Part shown: one piece after another, positions 9,498-19,999 of the stretch
Position numbering within the stretch: position 1 is the first letter of the stretch
How the letters are laid out: each line of letters begins with the position of its first letter
From: Paracoccaceae bacterium
Lineage (GTDB): Bacteria; Pseudomonadota; Alphaproteobacteria; Rhodobacterales; Rhodobacteraceae
Length of the DNA: 40,361 nt
Assembly (NCBI GenBank): GCA_014623385.1
Contig: JACOMT010000016.1
Span: 1-40,361, forward strand
Direction of reading: 5' to 3'
Notes under the pieces: generated by a model
What the model saw: the letters and a program-made list of their open reading frames with translations, nothing else
Told to the model about the DNA's origin: nothing
Databases searched by the model: none
Program-made: the position numbers and the translations under genes

Positions 9498-9799
9498 CAC
9501 CCATAATAAAGGACATTCTAAGCAGTCTTTCCGCAGTTATCGACTATTTTCTTCGGCTGATGTTCCACGACACGGGCTTGCCGGGAGGCATTGCGGCTGT
9601 GACTGGCCTCATCGGGGGTGGCACCCATCGGTCCAGACCTCTCCTTTGCAGACTGATACCGCGATGGTTTCAAACGCACCCCTGGTCGATTGATCCTCTG
9701 TTATTCTTCACACGGTGCATCACCGAATGGCCCAATGCGTATATCGGCAACATCCCCGTCACATCACGAGTAACTTTTTGACGTGCCCCAACAGGCGGT

Positions 9800-10891
9800 C
9801 AAATCATGCCGGGCCCGTGTCGGAACACACGCCATGGCAGCCTTCCCCTATGGCGCAATCGCCGCATAAAGCGTTGAATGATTGCGCGGGTTTTTGCTTC
9901 CGGTGGCCGACAGGTTCATGCACATTGCCGTTCGTTTTGTGGGGTCCGGCCTGGCTCGATTGTCGGCGGGGTCAACCGCTCGGCCCTCCGCTGGGTTTCC
10001 CTGGTTGTTCGCCGCCATACGATCCAGGGAAGCAATCCAAATCAAAGCGATGTTTCCCGCTGTTCCCAAACCATGCGATTTGCCCATGGCAGTTTGCGAA
10101 AAATGCTCTGTGCTTGCATCCTTGTTCGGATAATGCCACATGGCCGGTTGGCCACAGGCATGGCCCCTGTGTGGTACGACAGAAAACCGCCACTCCCAGC
10201 CTCGCCGCAGTATTGAAACTCACCGGATAGTGCGATGCTGTAAGTTGACAAAGCTCCCGTCAGGAATCGGCCCATTCAACGCAGTTCCCGTGACAGTTCG
10301 ATACCGCCATCATAATGGTGCAAGGCGGGTCACAAACAAGCCGTTGAGCGAACGCGCCGGGCAATCTGGCAAGGGTCTTGCGGCAATCGGAAATGGCGAC
10401 ACCAGGGTGCGGCGCATCCACGGTGCCCAGGTCCATTTCCTCAATGAACAATTCCCGTCGTCGCGACAGATGGGTTCATGGCCTCCGCGCCGGAATTGCG
10501 GTGCGCCCCTGTTCAGCTTGTCATCCTGTCCCCGGTAATGCCACGAACGGACCGTCAAAACAGGCCGTTGCCCCGCCCCAAGGCACATGCACCAGTGCAT
10601 CCTGCGCCCATGGTTCGCAAAGCCGCCCGCGGCATTCGCGGGGCACCGTCCAATTTGGCAAGACGGCCTGTGGGATATTGACCTTACGTCCTTCGGGCGT
10701 CCCGCCAAAAACAGGGTCGCGGCGAAATCCGAACCTTGCAAGAACCCGACATGAGGGACAGGCATTTTATCGGGCAGACGCGGTTAGGCTTGTGGGCGCG
10801 GGCCATGGCGGTTTTTCCCTCCGCCACCGAAGAAACCCTGATCCTTGGTCTTGCCCTGTGTCCGCCCCCGCATGGACGGTTTCAGTGCCAT
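9800..10891 (-). pseudogene. Possible sulfatase / alkaline-phosphatase-superfamily pseudogene (weak)
   Basis: No ORF over ~150 aa in over 1 kb. Minus-strand fragments include ..ACFDGPFVALPGTG.. (compare C.PSR..LLTG), ..PTGHVALSEQGCKHRAFFANCHGQ.. (compare PT....L.E.GY.T...GKWHLG) and ..GKHRFDLDCFPG.. (compare GFD.F.G). The assignment is tentative. Confidence 0.3.
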
Positions 10892-10982
10892 TTCCCCCGA
10901 TGCCTTGGCCGCACTGACAAGCCTGGTCCGGTATCGCCCAAAGCGGCCCGGTCCCTTGATGATTGCGTCGTCTTGTTAAGGT

Positions 10983-11155
10983 GACGGAGGATGCTCAAAG
11001 CGCGATTAGGTGGAACGGGCCTTGAAAATGAGGGGATGGGGGTGGATTTGGAGACGGAGCACGGGAAAGCGGGAGCAACGATTTAGTGCTCAATCAAAGG
11101 CCGAATTTAACCCGGATGGGCAGAATTATGGTGTCGAAAATGAGGGGAAACAGGT
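10983..11155. repeat. Copy A of a ~170 bp paralogous intergenic element
   Basis: Aligns by eye with 26849-27004. Shared blocks are GA.GG.ATGCTCAA.G, TGGATTTG.A.A, TT.GTGCTCAATCA.AGGCC.GAATT, CC.GGATGGGC.GAATTAT.G and TCGAA.ATG.GGAAA..GGT. Confidence 0.6.
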
Positions 11156-11677
11156 CAGACACAGAGAAACCGGGGATGAGGCGGCGGGTAAAGATTGGTC
11201 GGCGACATTCAGTCGGGGTGTCGATGCGGTTTTGACGCTGCACCCGGTCCCGGTGGCACTGGCATGATGGGTAAGGCGGATGATTCGTGGACCGAGACGA
11301 CGACGCGGGTGAACAGGGAGAGGGGGCTGTGAAACACGCCACCATGACCACGCCGAGTGCCGCATCGAAGCTTGCAAAACCCCGCCCCCGTGCAGCCTGC
11401 CTGGTCGCGCAGATAGCTTCTTACAAGGCGTTTAACCAAATCCACGAATGCTACCTCTAGGGGGGCACCATCCATCGTAGCCTAAGAAACAACCACAGGC
11501 CCAACCCCTAAACCTTTTGACAGCATTTTCCGGATCATTGATATTTAGAAGATCACAACATCAAGGTCAAGCAGCGACCCCAAACCAAAATGGACCTGGT
11601 GATCTCGGCCACGCCTCAATCATGATAAATCCGTTTGGGTACCGCAAAAATCCCTGCTCCCGCCGATCTGCAATGCC

Positions 11678-12466
11678 TCAATTTGCGATATCGATGAACA
11701 GATTGTCGCTTTCGACAAAATCCAGCCAATCGTGTTCCACGGTACCTTCGTTGATATTGCGCGACTCGACCCGACCATCGCCATAGCCTATCACAACCAT
11801 GTCACAGGTATCAATGAACAACCCGTTTTCAACGACACCCGGGGTCTGATTCACAACCATGGCAAGCCGACGGGCATTGCCGATCCGTTGCAGGTGCAAG
11901 TCCAGGATATAGTTACCCTCATCCGTCATGAATGGCAACTCCCCGTTCATTCGCAATGTGACGGTTCGGCCCAAAACATCCATGGAAATCAACATCTCTT
12001 CGATCAGGGCCTGCGTCGTTTGCCAACCAAACGGGATCACTTCGACCGGCAGGGGAAAGGCACCCAGCGTTTTGACCTCTTTCCCGATATCGGCGATCAC
12101 CACCATTTGATCAGAGGCGGTTGCCACAATCTTTTCCTGCAAGAGTGCGCCCCCCCCACCTTTGATCAGGTTCAGATCCCCGTCAAACTCATCCGTCCCA
12201 TCAATGGTCAGGTCCAGCCATTTCGCCTCGTCCAAGCTGATCACCTTGATACCCACATTACGGGCCAATTCAGCGGTTCGGATGGATGTTGGAATACCCC
12301 GGAATTTCAGCCCGGCCTTCTGCACCATTTCGCCCAGGCACCGCACCAGCCAAGCCGCCGTGCTACCCGTGCCCAGACCCACGCGCATGCCATCCTCGAC
12401 AAAATCGGCGGCACTTTTTGCCGCAACGAATTTGGCCTTGTCAATAGGCGACAAATCTCCGGACAT
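11678..12466 (-). CDS. rpiA: Ribose-5-phosphate isomerase A
   Basis: Intact 262 aa ORF with ..GMRVGLGTGSTAAW.., ..TSIRTA.. and ..IDGTDEFD..LNLIKGGGGALLQEKI.. motifs. Confidence 0.92.
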   Translation of the reverse strand: MSGDLSPIDKAKFVAAKSAADFVEDGMRVGLGTGSTAAWLVRCLGEMVQKAGLKFRGIPTSIRTAELARNVGIKVISLDEAKWLDLTIDGTDEFDGDLNLIKGGGGALLQEKIVATASDQMVVIADIGKEVKTLGAFPLPVEVIPFGWQTTQALIEEMLISMDVLGRTVTLRMNGELPFMTDEGNYILDLHLQRIGNARRLAMVVNQTPGVVENGLFIDTCDMVVIGYGDGRVESRNINEGTVEHDWLDFVESDNLFIDIAN

Positions 12467-12502
12467 TTCAGGTTCTCCTGCGGTATTGCGCGTTTATAGG
12501 CC

Positions 12503-13060
12503 ATGTTCCCATCGAGGGCGAGGGACAAACCCATCGCTTTGCTGGAAGAATTGGGGGGTGCCATATCGCACCATCTTGTTCAATCACCAAAGCCGGGGGC
12601 AGCAGTCAGAGGTATATCGCAAAATGAACCCAAACGGGCTGATCTCCGTTCTTGAAACGCCCCAGGGCCTGATTTTCGAAACCGCCACGATCTGCCTTTG
12701 GCTGTCCGAACGACATGGAGCTTTGGCACCCCTGCCCGGCGGTGCCGTCACGGACGGCATTTCTGAAATGGTTGTTTTCAAATACGGTCCATGCGGAATT
12801 GCGGTTATTGTTTTATCCGGGCCGGTGTATTGGCTCTGATTGATGCTTTATTGGATGGCGAATGACAGAGCGCACTGTGATTGGCATTTATGCCACGGCC
12901 TGCCTGCGATGGGACCAGATATATCCAACGGGTCACACGGGCTGGTTCCACTGGTCCACCTATCCAAACCTGCATGCCCGTGCCGCGATGCTGGAAACCC
13001 ATGCGACCACGGACCGCGTTGCCATGGCCCAAGGGCCGGGCCAAAATCATTCACACAAGC
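12503..13060 (+). pseudogene. Glutathione S-transferase pseudogene (at least two frameshifts)
   Basis: ..KPIALLEELG, then a frame change at the G6 run near 12551-12556, then VPYRTILFN....QQSEVYRKMNPNGLISVLETPQGLIFETATICLWLSERHG. A second shift near 12755 gives AFLKWLFSNTVHAELRLLFYP. The C-terminal piece is ..YPNLHARAAMLETHATTDRVAMAQG in a third frame. Confidence 0.7.
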
Positions 13061-13097
13061 ACAATGCCCCAACTCACCCGAAGGATACACCGTCTAG

Positions 13098-14471
13098 ATG
13101 TTTTTGTCCGTCTTCGAAATGTTTAAGGTCGGCATCGGCCCGTCATCGTCCCACACGATGGGGCCTATGTTGGCTGCCGCACGGTTTTTGGACATGATAC
13201 GTGCCGCCCCCTTCAGTGCCCACGGGATTCGGGCATCCTTGCACGGCTCTCTAGCCTTTACCGGCGTCGGCCATGCAACGGATCGTGCAACCATCCTGGG
13301 CCTCGCTGGGTTTTCCCCCGAAACATATAGCGCCGAATCGGCAGAGGCAGCAATGGCCACCATCGCCGAAACAAAGACGCTGACACCCGACGACCTGCCC
13401 TCTTTGTGCTTTGATCCGGACAGCGACCTGATTTTTGACTACGATCACGCATTGCCCGGTCACGCCAATGGCATGATCCTAATGGCTACCGACGCCCAGG
13501 GCGACGTGATCCTGCAACAGGTGTTTTACTCCATCGGCGGCGGTTTTGTGATGACCGAAGAGGAGCTGGCCGCAGGCAAAAACACCGAAGACGGGCCTAC
13601 GGTCCCTTATCCGTTCAAATCCGCCTCGGAAATGCTGGAGATGTCCGGTGCATCCGGCAAATCTATCGCCGCAATGAAACGCGCCAATGAAATCAGCCGG
13701 ATGGATCAGGCTAAGTTGACCAAGGGCACGACCCGCATCTGGCACGTTATGAACAACTGCATCAACCGGGGCCTGCAATCCGACGGGATCCTGCCGGGTG
13801 GCCTAGGCGTGAAACGCCGGGCCAAGGGGATTTACGATGCGCTGATGGATGAAAGGGGCATGAACCTGAAGGCCCCGCATACGATCAATGACTGGATGAG
13901 CGTCTATGCCATGGCGGTGAACGAGGAAAACGCCGCCGGTGGTCAGGTGGTCACTGCCCCCACAAACGGGGCGGCGGGCGTGATCCCGGCCACTTTGCGC
14001 TATTACCTGGATCACGTACCTGGTGCCTCGACCGCGCATATCGAGGATTTTCTGCTGACCGCCTCAGCGATTGGCGGGCTAGTGAAATACAATGCATCGA
14101 TCAGCGGGGCCGAGGCCGGATGTCAGGCCGAGGTCGGATCGGCTAGTGCCATGGCTGCCGCCGGGTTATGTGCTGTGATGGGAGGCAGCCCAGAACAGGT
14201 TGAAAATGCCGCCGAGATCGCGCTGGAACACCATCTGGGCATGACATGTGACCCGGTTAAAGGTCTGGTCCAAGTGCCCTGTATTGAACGCAACGGGCTC
14301 GGCGCGATCAAGGCAGTGTCGGCCGCCAGCCTGGCTTTGCGCGGGGATGGCACACATCTGGTATCACTGGATGCCTGCATCGAAACGATGCGGCAAACAG
14401 GCATTGATATGAGCGAAAAGTACAAGGAGACATCTTTGGGTGGTTTGGCGGTGCACGTTCCAAACTGCTAG
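13098..14471 (+). CDS. sdaA: L-serine ammonia-lyase (L-serine dehydratase, single-chain Fe-S type)
   Basis: Intact 457 aa ORF with N-terminus MFLSVFEMFKVGIGPSSSHTMGPM and C-terminal ..LEHHLGMTCDPV.GLVQVPCIERN... Confidence 0.93.
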   Translation: MFLSVFEMFKVGIGPSSSHTMGPMLAAARFLDMIRAAPFSAHGIRASLHGSLAFTGVGHATDRATILGLAGFSPETYSAESAEAAMATIAETKTLTPDDLPSLCFDPDSDLIFDYDHALPGHANGMILMATDAQGDVILQQVFYSIGGGFVMTEEELAAGKNTEDGPTVPYPFKSASEMLEMSGASGKSIAAMKRANEISRMDQAKLTKGTTRIWHVMNNCINRGLQSDGILPGGLGVKRRAKGIYDALMDERGMNLKAPHTINDWMSVYAMAVNEENAAGGQVVTAPTNGAAGVIPATLRYYLDHVPGASTAHIEDFLLTASAIGGLVKYNASISGAEAGCQAEVGSASAMAAAGLCAVMGGSPEQVENAAEIALEHHLGMTCDPVKGLVQVPCIERNGLGAIKAVSAASLALRGDGTHLVSLDACIETMRQTGIDMSEKYKETSLGGLAVHVPNC

Positions 14472-14535
14472 CGCCAAGCTGCCGACGGGCAACCTGTTTT
14501 ACATAACACGCAGGGGTCCCATATGGTGACTGCCA

Positions 14536-15420
14536 ATGACACTTAACCAGCCTATTTTGGGGCATACTCATTATGTTGGGCTTTTGCATTGGAGCACCGA
14601 TGGGCGATGTGCTGGCCAAACTGTTGGGCGATGAGGTGACTTTGGGCCAGTCGGTGTGGGTGCTTTTGCCGCAAAGATCGTCATTTCGGTCCCAATCGTG
14701 TGGCTGACCGGCTTGGCATGGCGGATGTGAGGCCGCGTAATACGGCTGATCGTTTTGCGCACCGCCCTGCATATCATCTGGGTCGGTGCGATGTTCACGG
14801 CCCTGCAATAGCTGACTTTGGCCGATGTGGCGGCCGTCGCCTTTGTTATGCCGTTCATCATGTTGATGTTAGGCCAAATCGTTCCGGGGGAAGAGGTAGG
14901 ATAGCACCGGCACGGTGCCTGTATGGACGAGTTTGCCAGAACACTAATGATTGTTCAGCCCAGCTGCGCTGCCGTGGGTTGGTCCGCCTTGTGATCTCTG
15001 GCTGTGGCGGTTGTGTTTTTGCTCTTCATGTTGACCACACGGCAGATTGCCAAGGAAACGGATCCCATCAGCCTGCAAGCGGTCAGTGGCATTATTGCAT
15101 CGGTAGTTTTGCTGCCCGTCGTCCTGGTCGGCGACGCGTACCAAATTGAACTGCTCGGGTGGATTCACCTCAATTCTTACCCGTTGTTTTTGTTGTTGGG
15201 AATTGGCATCTTGGGCACCGGTGTGCACCTGTGGCGACCTTTTGGGGCTGGCTGATCTTTTCGGATTTGCCCAACGGGCTTGCCACTGCCAGGATCTGTG
15301 TCACGATCACCACCGGTCTTTACATCATTCTGCGCGAGATTCTACGCGAACGAGCCATTTCCGCAGCTCAGGATGGGCCAAAAAGATGCCCCCGCGGTAC
15401 CATCGCCAGCAGCCCGGGTG
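14536..15420 (+). pseudogene. Second EamA/DMT-family transporter pseudogene (frameshifts and in-frame stops)
   Basis: MTLNQPILG.. shifts frame to ..MLGFCIGAPMGDVLAKLLG... Later ..ADVAAVAFVMPFIMLMLGQIV.GEEVG is followed by a stop. ..LAVAVVFLLFMLTTRQIAKETDPISLQAVSGIIASVVLLPVV is followed by further shifts, then ..WLIFSDLPNGLATARICVTITTGLYIILRE. Confidence 0.65.
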
Positions 15421-16012
15421 AGTCAACCGCCAATGTGACGGTCCCCGTAGCTCGGTTCGACGTACCTACCTGATCTATTGGCGACAAAACCAACCCGTCA
15501 ATCGGCCATTCCAAACCGGTGGAACGCACCTTGACCGCCGCCAAGGGGTAAAGCGATACAACATCCCCCGCCGCTGTAGCAAGCGTCAGATCGGGGGGCA
15601 CGTGAAACACCAATTCGCTGCGCCCCAGTAAAACACAAGCTCGGTCAGCATGGCGCGCCAGCGTCGAAAGCGCGGCCAGCTGATGATCAACCCGTGCGCC
15701 AAGAAATCCGACGCCCAAGACAATCGGCGCGTATATGCTGCGCAAAGCCTTGTCAAAATCCGTAGTGTCCTGTTCGGTAATCGGAAATTGGCGATCCGTT
15801 GGAATGACGGCCTGGCTACTGGCTGTAATGGAGTCAAAATCGCCAATCACCGCGTCCGGCATATGGCCAAAATCCAGCGCCCGCGTCGCCCCGCCATCCG
15901 CTGCCACCAAAGATGGAGCAAATTCCAGTGCCGTGCTCAGGTCGACCTGATCAACCTCTCCCCCGCCGATCAATGTCACGGGATGAGGCGATGAAAATAG
16001 CGGCCTGGTCAT
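15368..16012 (-). CDS. Thiamine pyrophosphokinase
   Basis: Intact 214 aa ORF with ..VTLIGGGE......AL.FAP.LVAADGGA..AL..GHMPDAVIGDFDSI.., characteristic of TPK. Confidence 0.8.
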   Translation of the reverse strand: MTRPLFSSPHPVTLIGGGEVDQVDLSTALEFAPSLVAADGGATRALDFGHMPDAVIGDFDSITASSQAVIPTDRQFPITEQDTTDFDKALRSIYAPIVLGVGFLGARVDHQLAALSTLARHADRACVLLGRSELVFHVPPDLTLATAAGDVVSLYPLAAVKVRSTGLEWPIDGLVLSPIDQVGTSNRATGTVTLAVDSPGLLAMVPRGHLFGPS

Positions 16013-16734
16013 GCCTCACTCATCACTTTTTCAAGAAAAGACATAATAACGCCACACAACGCCACGAAATGATGTTCTTCGTTGGGCAGATTCGAGCTGC
16101 TTTTGGCCACAGACCCAGGTCCCAGACATGGGACAAAATCTCAGAGAACAGGCACCCGATGGTAATCAACAGTAAAAAAACCATAGTTGTATCCTATGAT
16201 ACATTCATCATAACATTCATCGTATTCCTGAACTCTGGAAGAGTTTGAGGACTTGTTTGATACAGTGAAGATAAATGCCGAGTATTTTCGTGGTCTCGCT
16301 GCAGATGACCGCTAATTCAGCACAAATCCACCGCAGCCGGATGCAGATATGTTGGCCGGGTCGCCCAACACGAAATTGACAGGCGTGTCGAAGCCCGTGA
16401 AGACACCGGCAAGATGGTTTTGCATCCCGCCGAAACAGCAGCGGCTCCAACCTATGACCTCCAAAAACTATGAAGTTTACCCAACGTACAGCGATAAGAT
16501 ACGGTACCTGACGGCAGAAGGCTACGAAGATCGATGAAATTACCTAATATTCTGGGTAAAAGGGACCAGAAATTTGTAAAATGTTCTGAAAGGCGGCACT
16601 GAAAAACTGCTCGGGCAGCGGATGCCAAAAATATTGAAACCCAAAAGGCTAAGGTTTTGTATCTTCCATGGAAGAATACAATAAGGGGGTTTGATCATCC
16701 TCCTATTCTCTGGTACGGATAGGAATGAACCCTT

Positions 16735-16788
16735 GTTGAAGATGCTGTTGGAAGCTCTGGTGTTGAAGATGCTGTTGGAAGCTCTGGG
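16735..16788. repeat. 27 bp x 2 tandem duplication
   Basis: gttgaagatgctgttggaagctctgg(t) is followed immediately by gttgaagatgctgttggaagctctgg(g). It lies in an AT-rich stretch with no convincing ORF. Confidence 0.95.
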
Positions 16789-17149
16789 CTGCTAACCATG
16801 GGTCAGTACGCAAGGGTACATCCCGCAGGAAAAAAGACAAAGCATGATCGAAGCCAAAGACTCCGAGCAGCTCTATGAAGTTGTGATGTTAATAGGCAGG
16901 GCATTAAAAATGAAAAAATATACACTAATTACTTATACTAACACTAAAATTGGAAATATGGGAGTACGGAGAACACATATCGCTGGCAATAAATCATTTA
17001 ATAAATGTATTTTTACATATACCGATCATCATCGACGTTCTCAACAGAACCGCGGACCTCTATTAAAAAACAGGGACGCAGCAAGCATTCCCTTTAAAAG
17101 GTACCTGAATAGCTGTCCCATCCCGGAAGTTGATATGGTTGTTTTATGA

Positions 17150-18000
17150 ACAATTCCGGCTTGATTTTGTACCGGTTCTGCATCGTCTGCAATGGCGTTT
17201 TGCTTCCCGGAGCCGATTGGGGGAGCTGCCGGTTGTAAAGCCAGATATATGCGTTGGCGCGTGGTCTCCAATGCCCTCACCCGATTGGAAACGACGGCTT
17301 TTAAGGTTGCCCGCAGCCTTGTTATGCGCATAGCCGAAGGTCAGGTATAAGTTGCCGAACCTGCCGAAACAGGCACCGCCGCATCGGAAAAAATTCAGGC
17401 CGAAATCCTGAAACCTGCGGACGACATGGGCAGCCCAGGGTCCTGACAGCACCGCGTCCAAGCTGCTCTGGAAGCAGCCGTCGCCGAAGGCGTTCCGGAA
17501 GAGGTTTTTAGACGAAGAAGCCATCGAACGCAGGCTCAGCCCCGAAGACGAGACGGACCTGATGAGCAAATTGGCCCAAGTCATGGACGGGGTTGTGCGT
17601 TTGATGGACGAATCGGCCGCATCCGGCCATCTTGCGGATTCCGACCGCTTGTGTGTTGCGGTCGCAGCAGTCAGGGCGGAAAAACCGACGACGGTGCCGC
17701 GGGCCCAGAAGAGGAGGCAGCAAACGCCTATGGCACCGGCCTAGCTGACGCCATACGCCCCCGTGCCCAAGAGGGATGACAAAGACAGATAAACCCCGGC
17801 GTCCATACAAGTTGCGTCCCATACCGCTGAAGTCGGTTGGGGAATAACCCCTCGAATAACGAACCGGTGCGTCCGCAGCGCGTGCCCGCAGGGACAAACC
17901 AGCCGCCAAAACCGCAACACCGGATGTAAGGCTAGCGGCCCGAACAGAATGGCCAAACCGAAGCTTCCAACGAAAATCACGCTCTCACGCAGAGGTTTTT
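17150..18000 (-). pseudogene. Possible outer-membrane beta-barrel (porin-family/Omp25-like) pseudogene (weak)
   Basis: Minus-strand fragments in different frames: a signal-peptide-like ..IFVGSFGLAILFGPLA / SLTSGVAVLAAGLS..A.AADAP, then ..DFSGMGRNLYG.., then ..GNLYLTFGYAHNKAAGNLK...GFTTGSSPN... The alternating pattern suggests a beta-barrel, but no intact frame remains. Confidence 0.35.
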
Positions 18001-18220
18001 CCCAACCCCAATAAGCCCAGAAATAGATCGCGCACCCTTGGATAGCCGCTGTGCGAAGGCAAATCCACACAAGATTGGTAATGGCCATTTCGCAGCGTCG
18101 GACCGCATCGAATTTACCTCCTCAACGTGCGCGGTTGGCTAGGATACCAGAAGTCAAGGGGCAATTTGCACGTTTTTGCACGTTTTGAGCGACCGCAGCA
18201 AAAAGCATAGCTATAAACGC

Positions 18221-18487
18221 CTATTCTTGCAAATCCCGATCAGCCGCTTGCGGATCGGCTTGTCCAATGCCGCGAAAGATATAGCGGAATGGCAACGCCC
18301 ATATTAGGCCAAGTACCATGTAGACGGCAAATTCGACCCAAAACGGGGGCCGCCGCCCCAGCAGGTTCATGACCGTCACCGCCGCAATGATATAGAGCGG
18401 CAAACCCAGCAACAGAATGACGAGCGCCCATCGGCGGCGTGCGCGATAGCTTAGGCCAGCGGATGGCGAAATCGGATCAGTCGGCAA
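18221..18487 (-). CDS. DUF2842 family small membrane protein
   Basis: 88 aa with ..[27 protein letters not shown]......[24 protein letters not shown]... Its start overlaps the purA stop by 11 nt. Confidence 0.7.
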   Translation of the reverse strand: MPTDPISPSAGLSYRARRRWALVILLLGLPLYIIAAVTVMNLLGRRPPFWVEFAVYMVLGLIWALPFRYIFRGIGQADPQAADRDLQE

Positions 18488-19769
18488 AAGGATCAGTCAC
18501 CAGGATTGTATCATCGCGCTCCGGCGAAGTCGAAAGTAGCGCCACATGGCATTCAACCAACTCTTCAATGCGACGAACGTATTTAATGGCGTTTGCGGGT
18601 AACCCCGCCCAGATGCGCACGCCCTCAGTGCTTTCCGACCAACCGGGCATTTCCTCATAGATCGGAACACAACGTGCCTGTTGATCTGCTGCCGCTGGCA
18701 GGTAATCCAACCTCACCCCGTCTAGGTCATAGCCGGTGCAGATTTTCAGTGTTTCGAACCCGTCGAGCACGTCCAGCTTGGTCAATGAAATCCCCTTGAC
18801 CCCGGATATGGTACAGGCTTGCCGCACGAGCACCGCATCGAACCACCCGCACCGGCGTTTCCGTCCTGTAGTGGTGCCAAACTCATGCCCGCGTTCGATC
18901 AAACGCTGACCATCATCGTCAAACAGTTCGGTGGGAAACGGGCCTTCGCCCACGCGGGTGGTATAGGCTTTGACAATGCCCAGAACAAAATCGACCGCAT
19001 CCGGACCGACCCCGGTTCCTGTCGCCGCCTGCCCCGCGATGACACTGGACGACGTGACAAAAGGATAAGTTCCAAAGTCAATATCCAACAATGCGCCTTG
19101 TGCACCTTCGAATAGGATCCGCTTCCCCGCTTTGCGTTGTTCGTTGAGCACTTTCCAAACAGGCACTGCATATTGCAAAATTTCCGGCGCGATTCGTTGC
19201 AGGTCCACGACCAGCATATCGCGATCAATCGGCCCCAACCCCAATCCACTGCGTAAAGCGTTGTGGTGAAACAGTGCCCGGTCGACCCGCGTTTCCAACG
19301 TTTTGGCATCGCCCAAATCCGCCACGCGGATCACCCGGCGACCCACCTTATCCTCATAGGCCGGACCGATGCCGCGACCGGTCGTACCGATCCTGGCCAC
19401 CGAATTCTGCGCCTCGCGCGCACGGTCCAATTCCCCGTGAAACGGCAAGATCAGCGGAATGTTTTCCGCGATCATCAATTTGTCGGGTGTGATTTCGATA
19501 CCCTGTTCGCGAATGCCCGCAATTTCCTGGACCAGGTGCCAAGGGTCCAGCACCACACCATTGCCGATTATCGATACCTTGCCGACACGCACCACACCGG
19601 ACGGCAGCACATGCAGCTTGTACACCGTGCCATCGATGACCAGCGTATGGCCTGCGTTGTGCCCCCCCTGAAATCGGGCGATAATATCGGCCCGTTCGCC
19701 CAACCAGTCGACAATCTTGCCTTTCCCTTCATCCCCCCATTGGACACCGACGACGACGACATTGGCCAT
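18477..19769 (-). CDS. purA: Adenylosuccinate synthase
   Basis: ORF 18477..19829. The canonical N-terminus [21 protein letters not shown] starts at the internal ATG (19769). GHNAGHT and [13 protein letters not shown] motifs are present. Confidence 0.95.
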   Translation of the reverse strand: MANVVVVGVQWGDEGKGKIVDWLGERADIIARFQGGHNAGHTLVIDGTVYKLHVLPSGVVRVGKVSIIGNGVVLDPWHLVQEIAGIREQGIEITPDKLMIAENIPLILPFHGELDRAREAQNSVARIGTTGRGIGPAYEDKVGRRVIRVADLGDAKTLETRVDRALFHHNALRSGLGLGPIDRDMLVVDLQRIAPEILQYAVPVWKVLNEQRKAGKRILFEGAQGALLDIDFGTYPFVTSSSVIAGQAATGTGVGPDAVDFVLGIVKAYTTRVGEGPFPTELFDDDGQRLIERGHEFGTTTGRKRRCGWFDAVLVRQACTISGVKGISLTKLDVLDGFETLKICTGYDLDGVRLDYLPAAADQQARCVPIYEEMPGWSESTEGVRIWAGLPANAIKYVRRIEELVECHVALLSTSPERDDTILVTDPFAD

Positions 19770-19999
19770 ATCCAGTCCTTTCCAAGCTGGTTGCAAACCG
19801 GCGTCGGTATAGCGGCGAGAAAGCAACAAAGGAACCTGAATTTCGCGCCAACAAGTACCGGGCGATGGGATACTGCGTGCAATTACTCATCCTCGAAACA
19901 GAAAATACAAGGACGGGCACGAACATTTTTTATGCTGACTGTTTTACCTTTCTGCTGCTCGGATTGACCTGCAACTCGAAGCCCCGGGATTTTGTCCGG

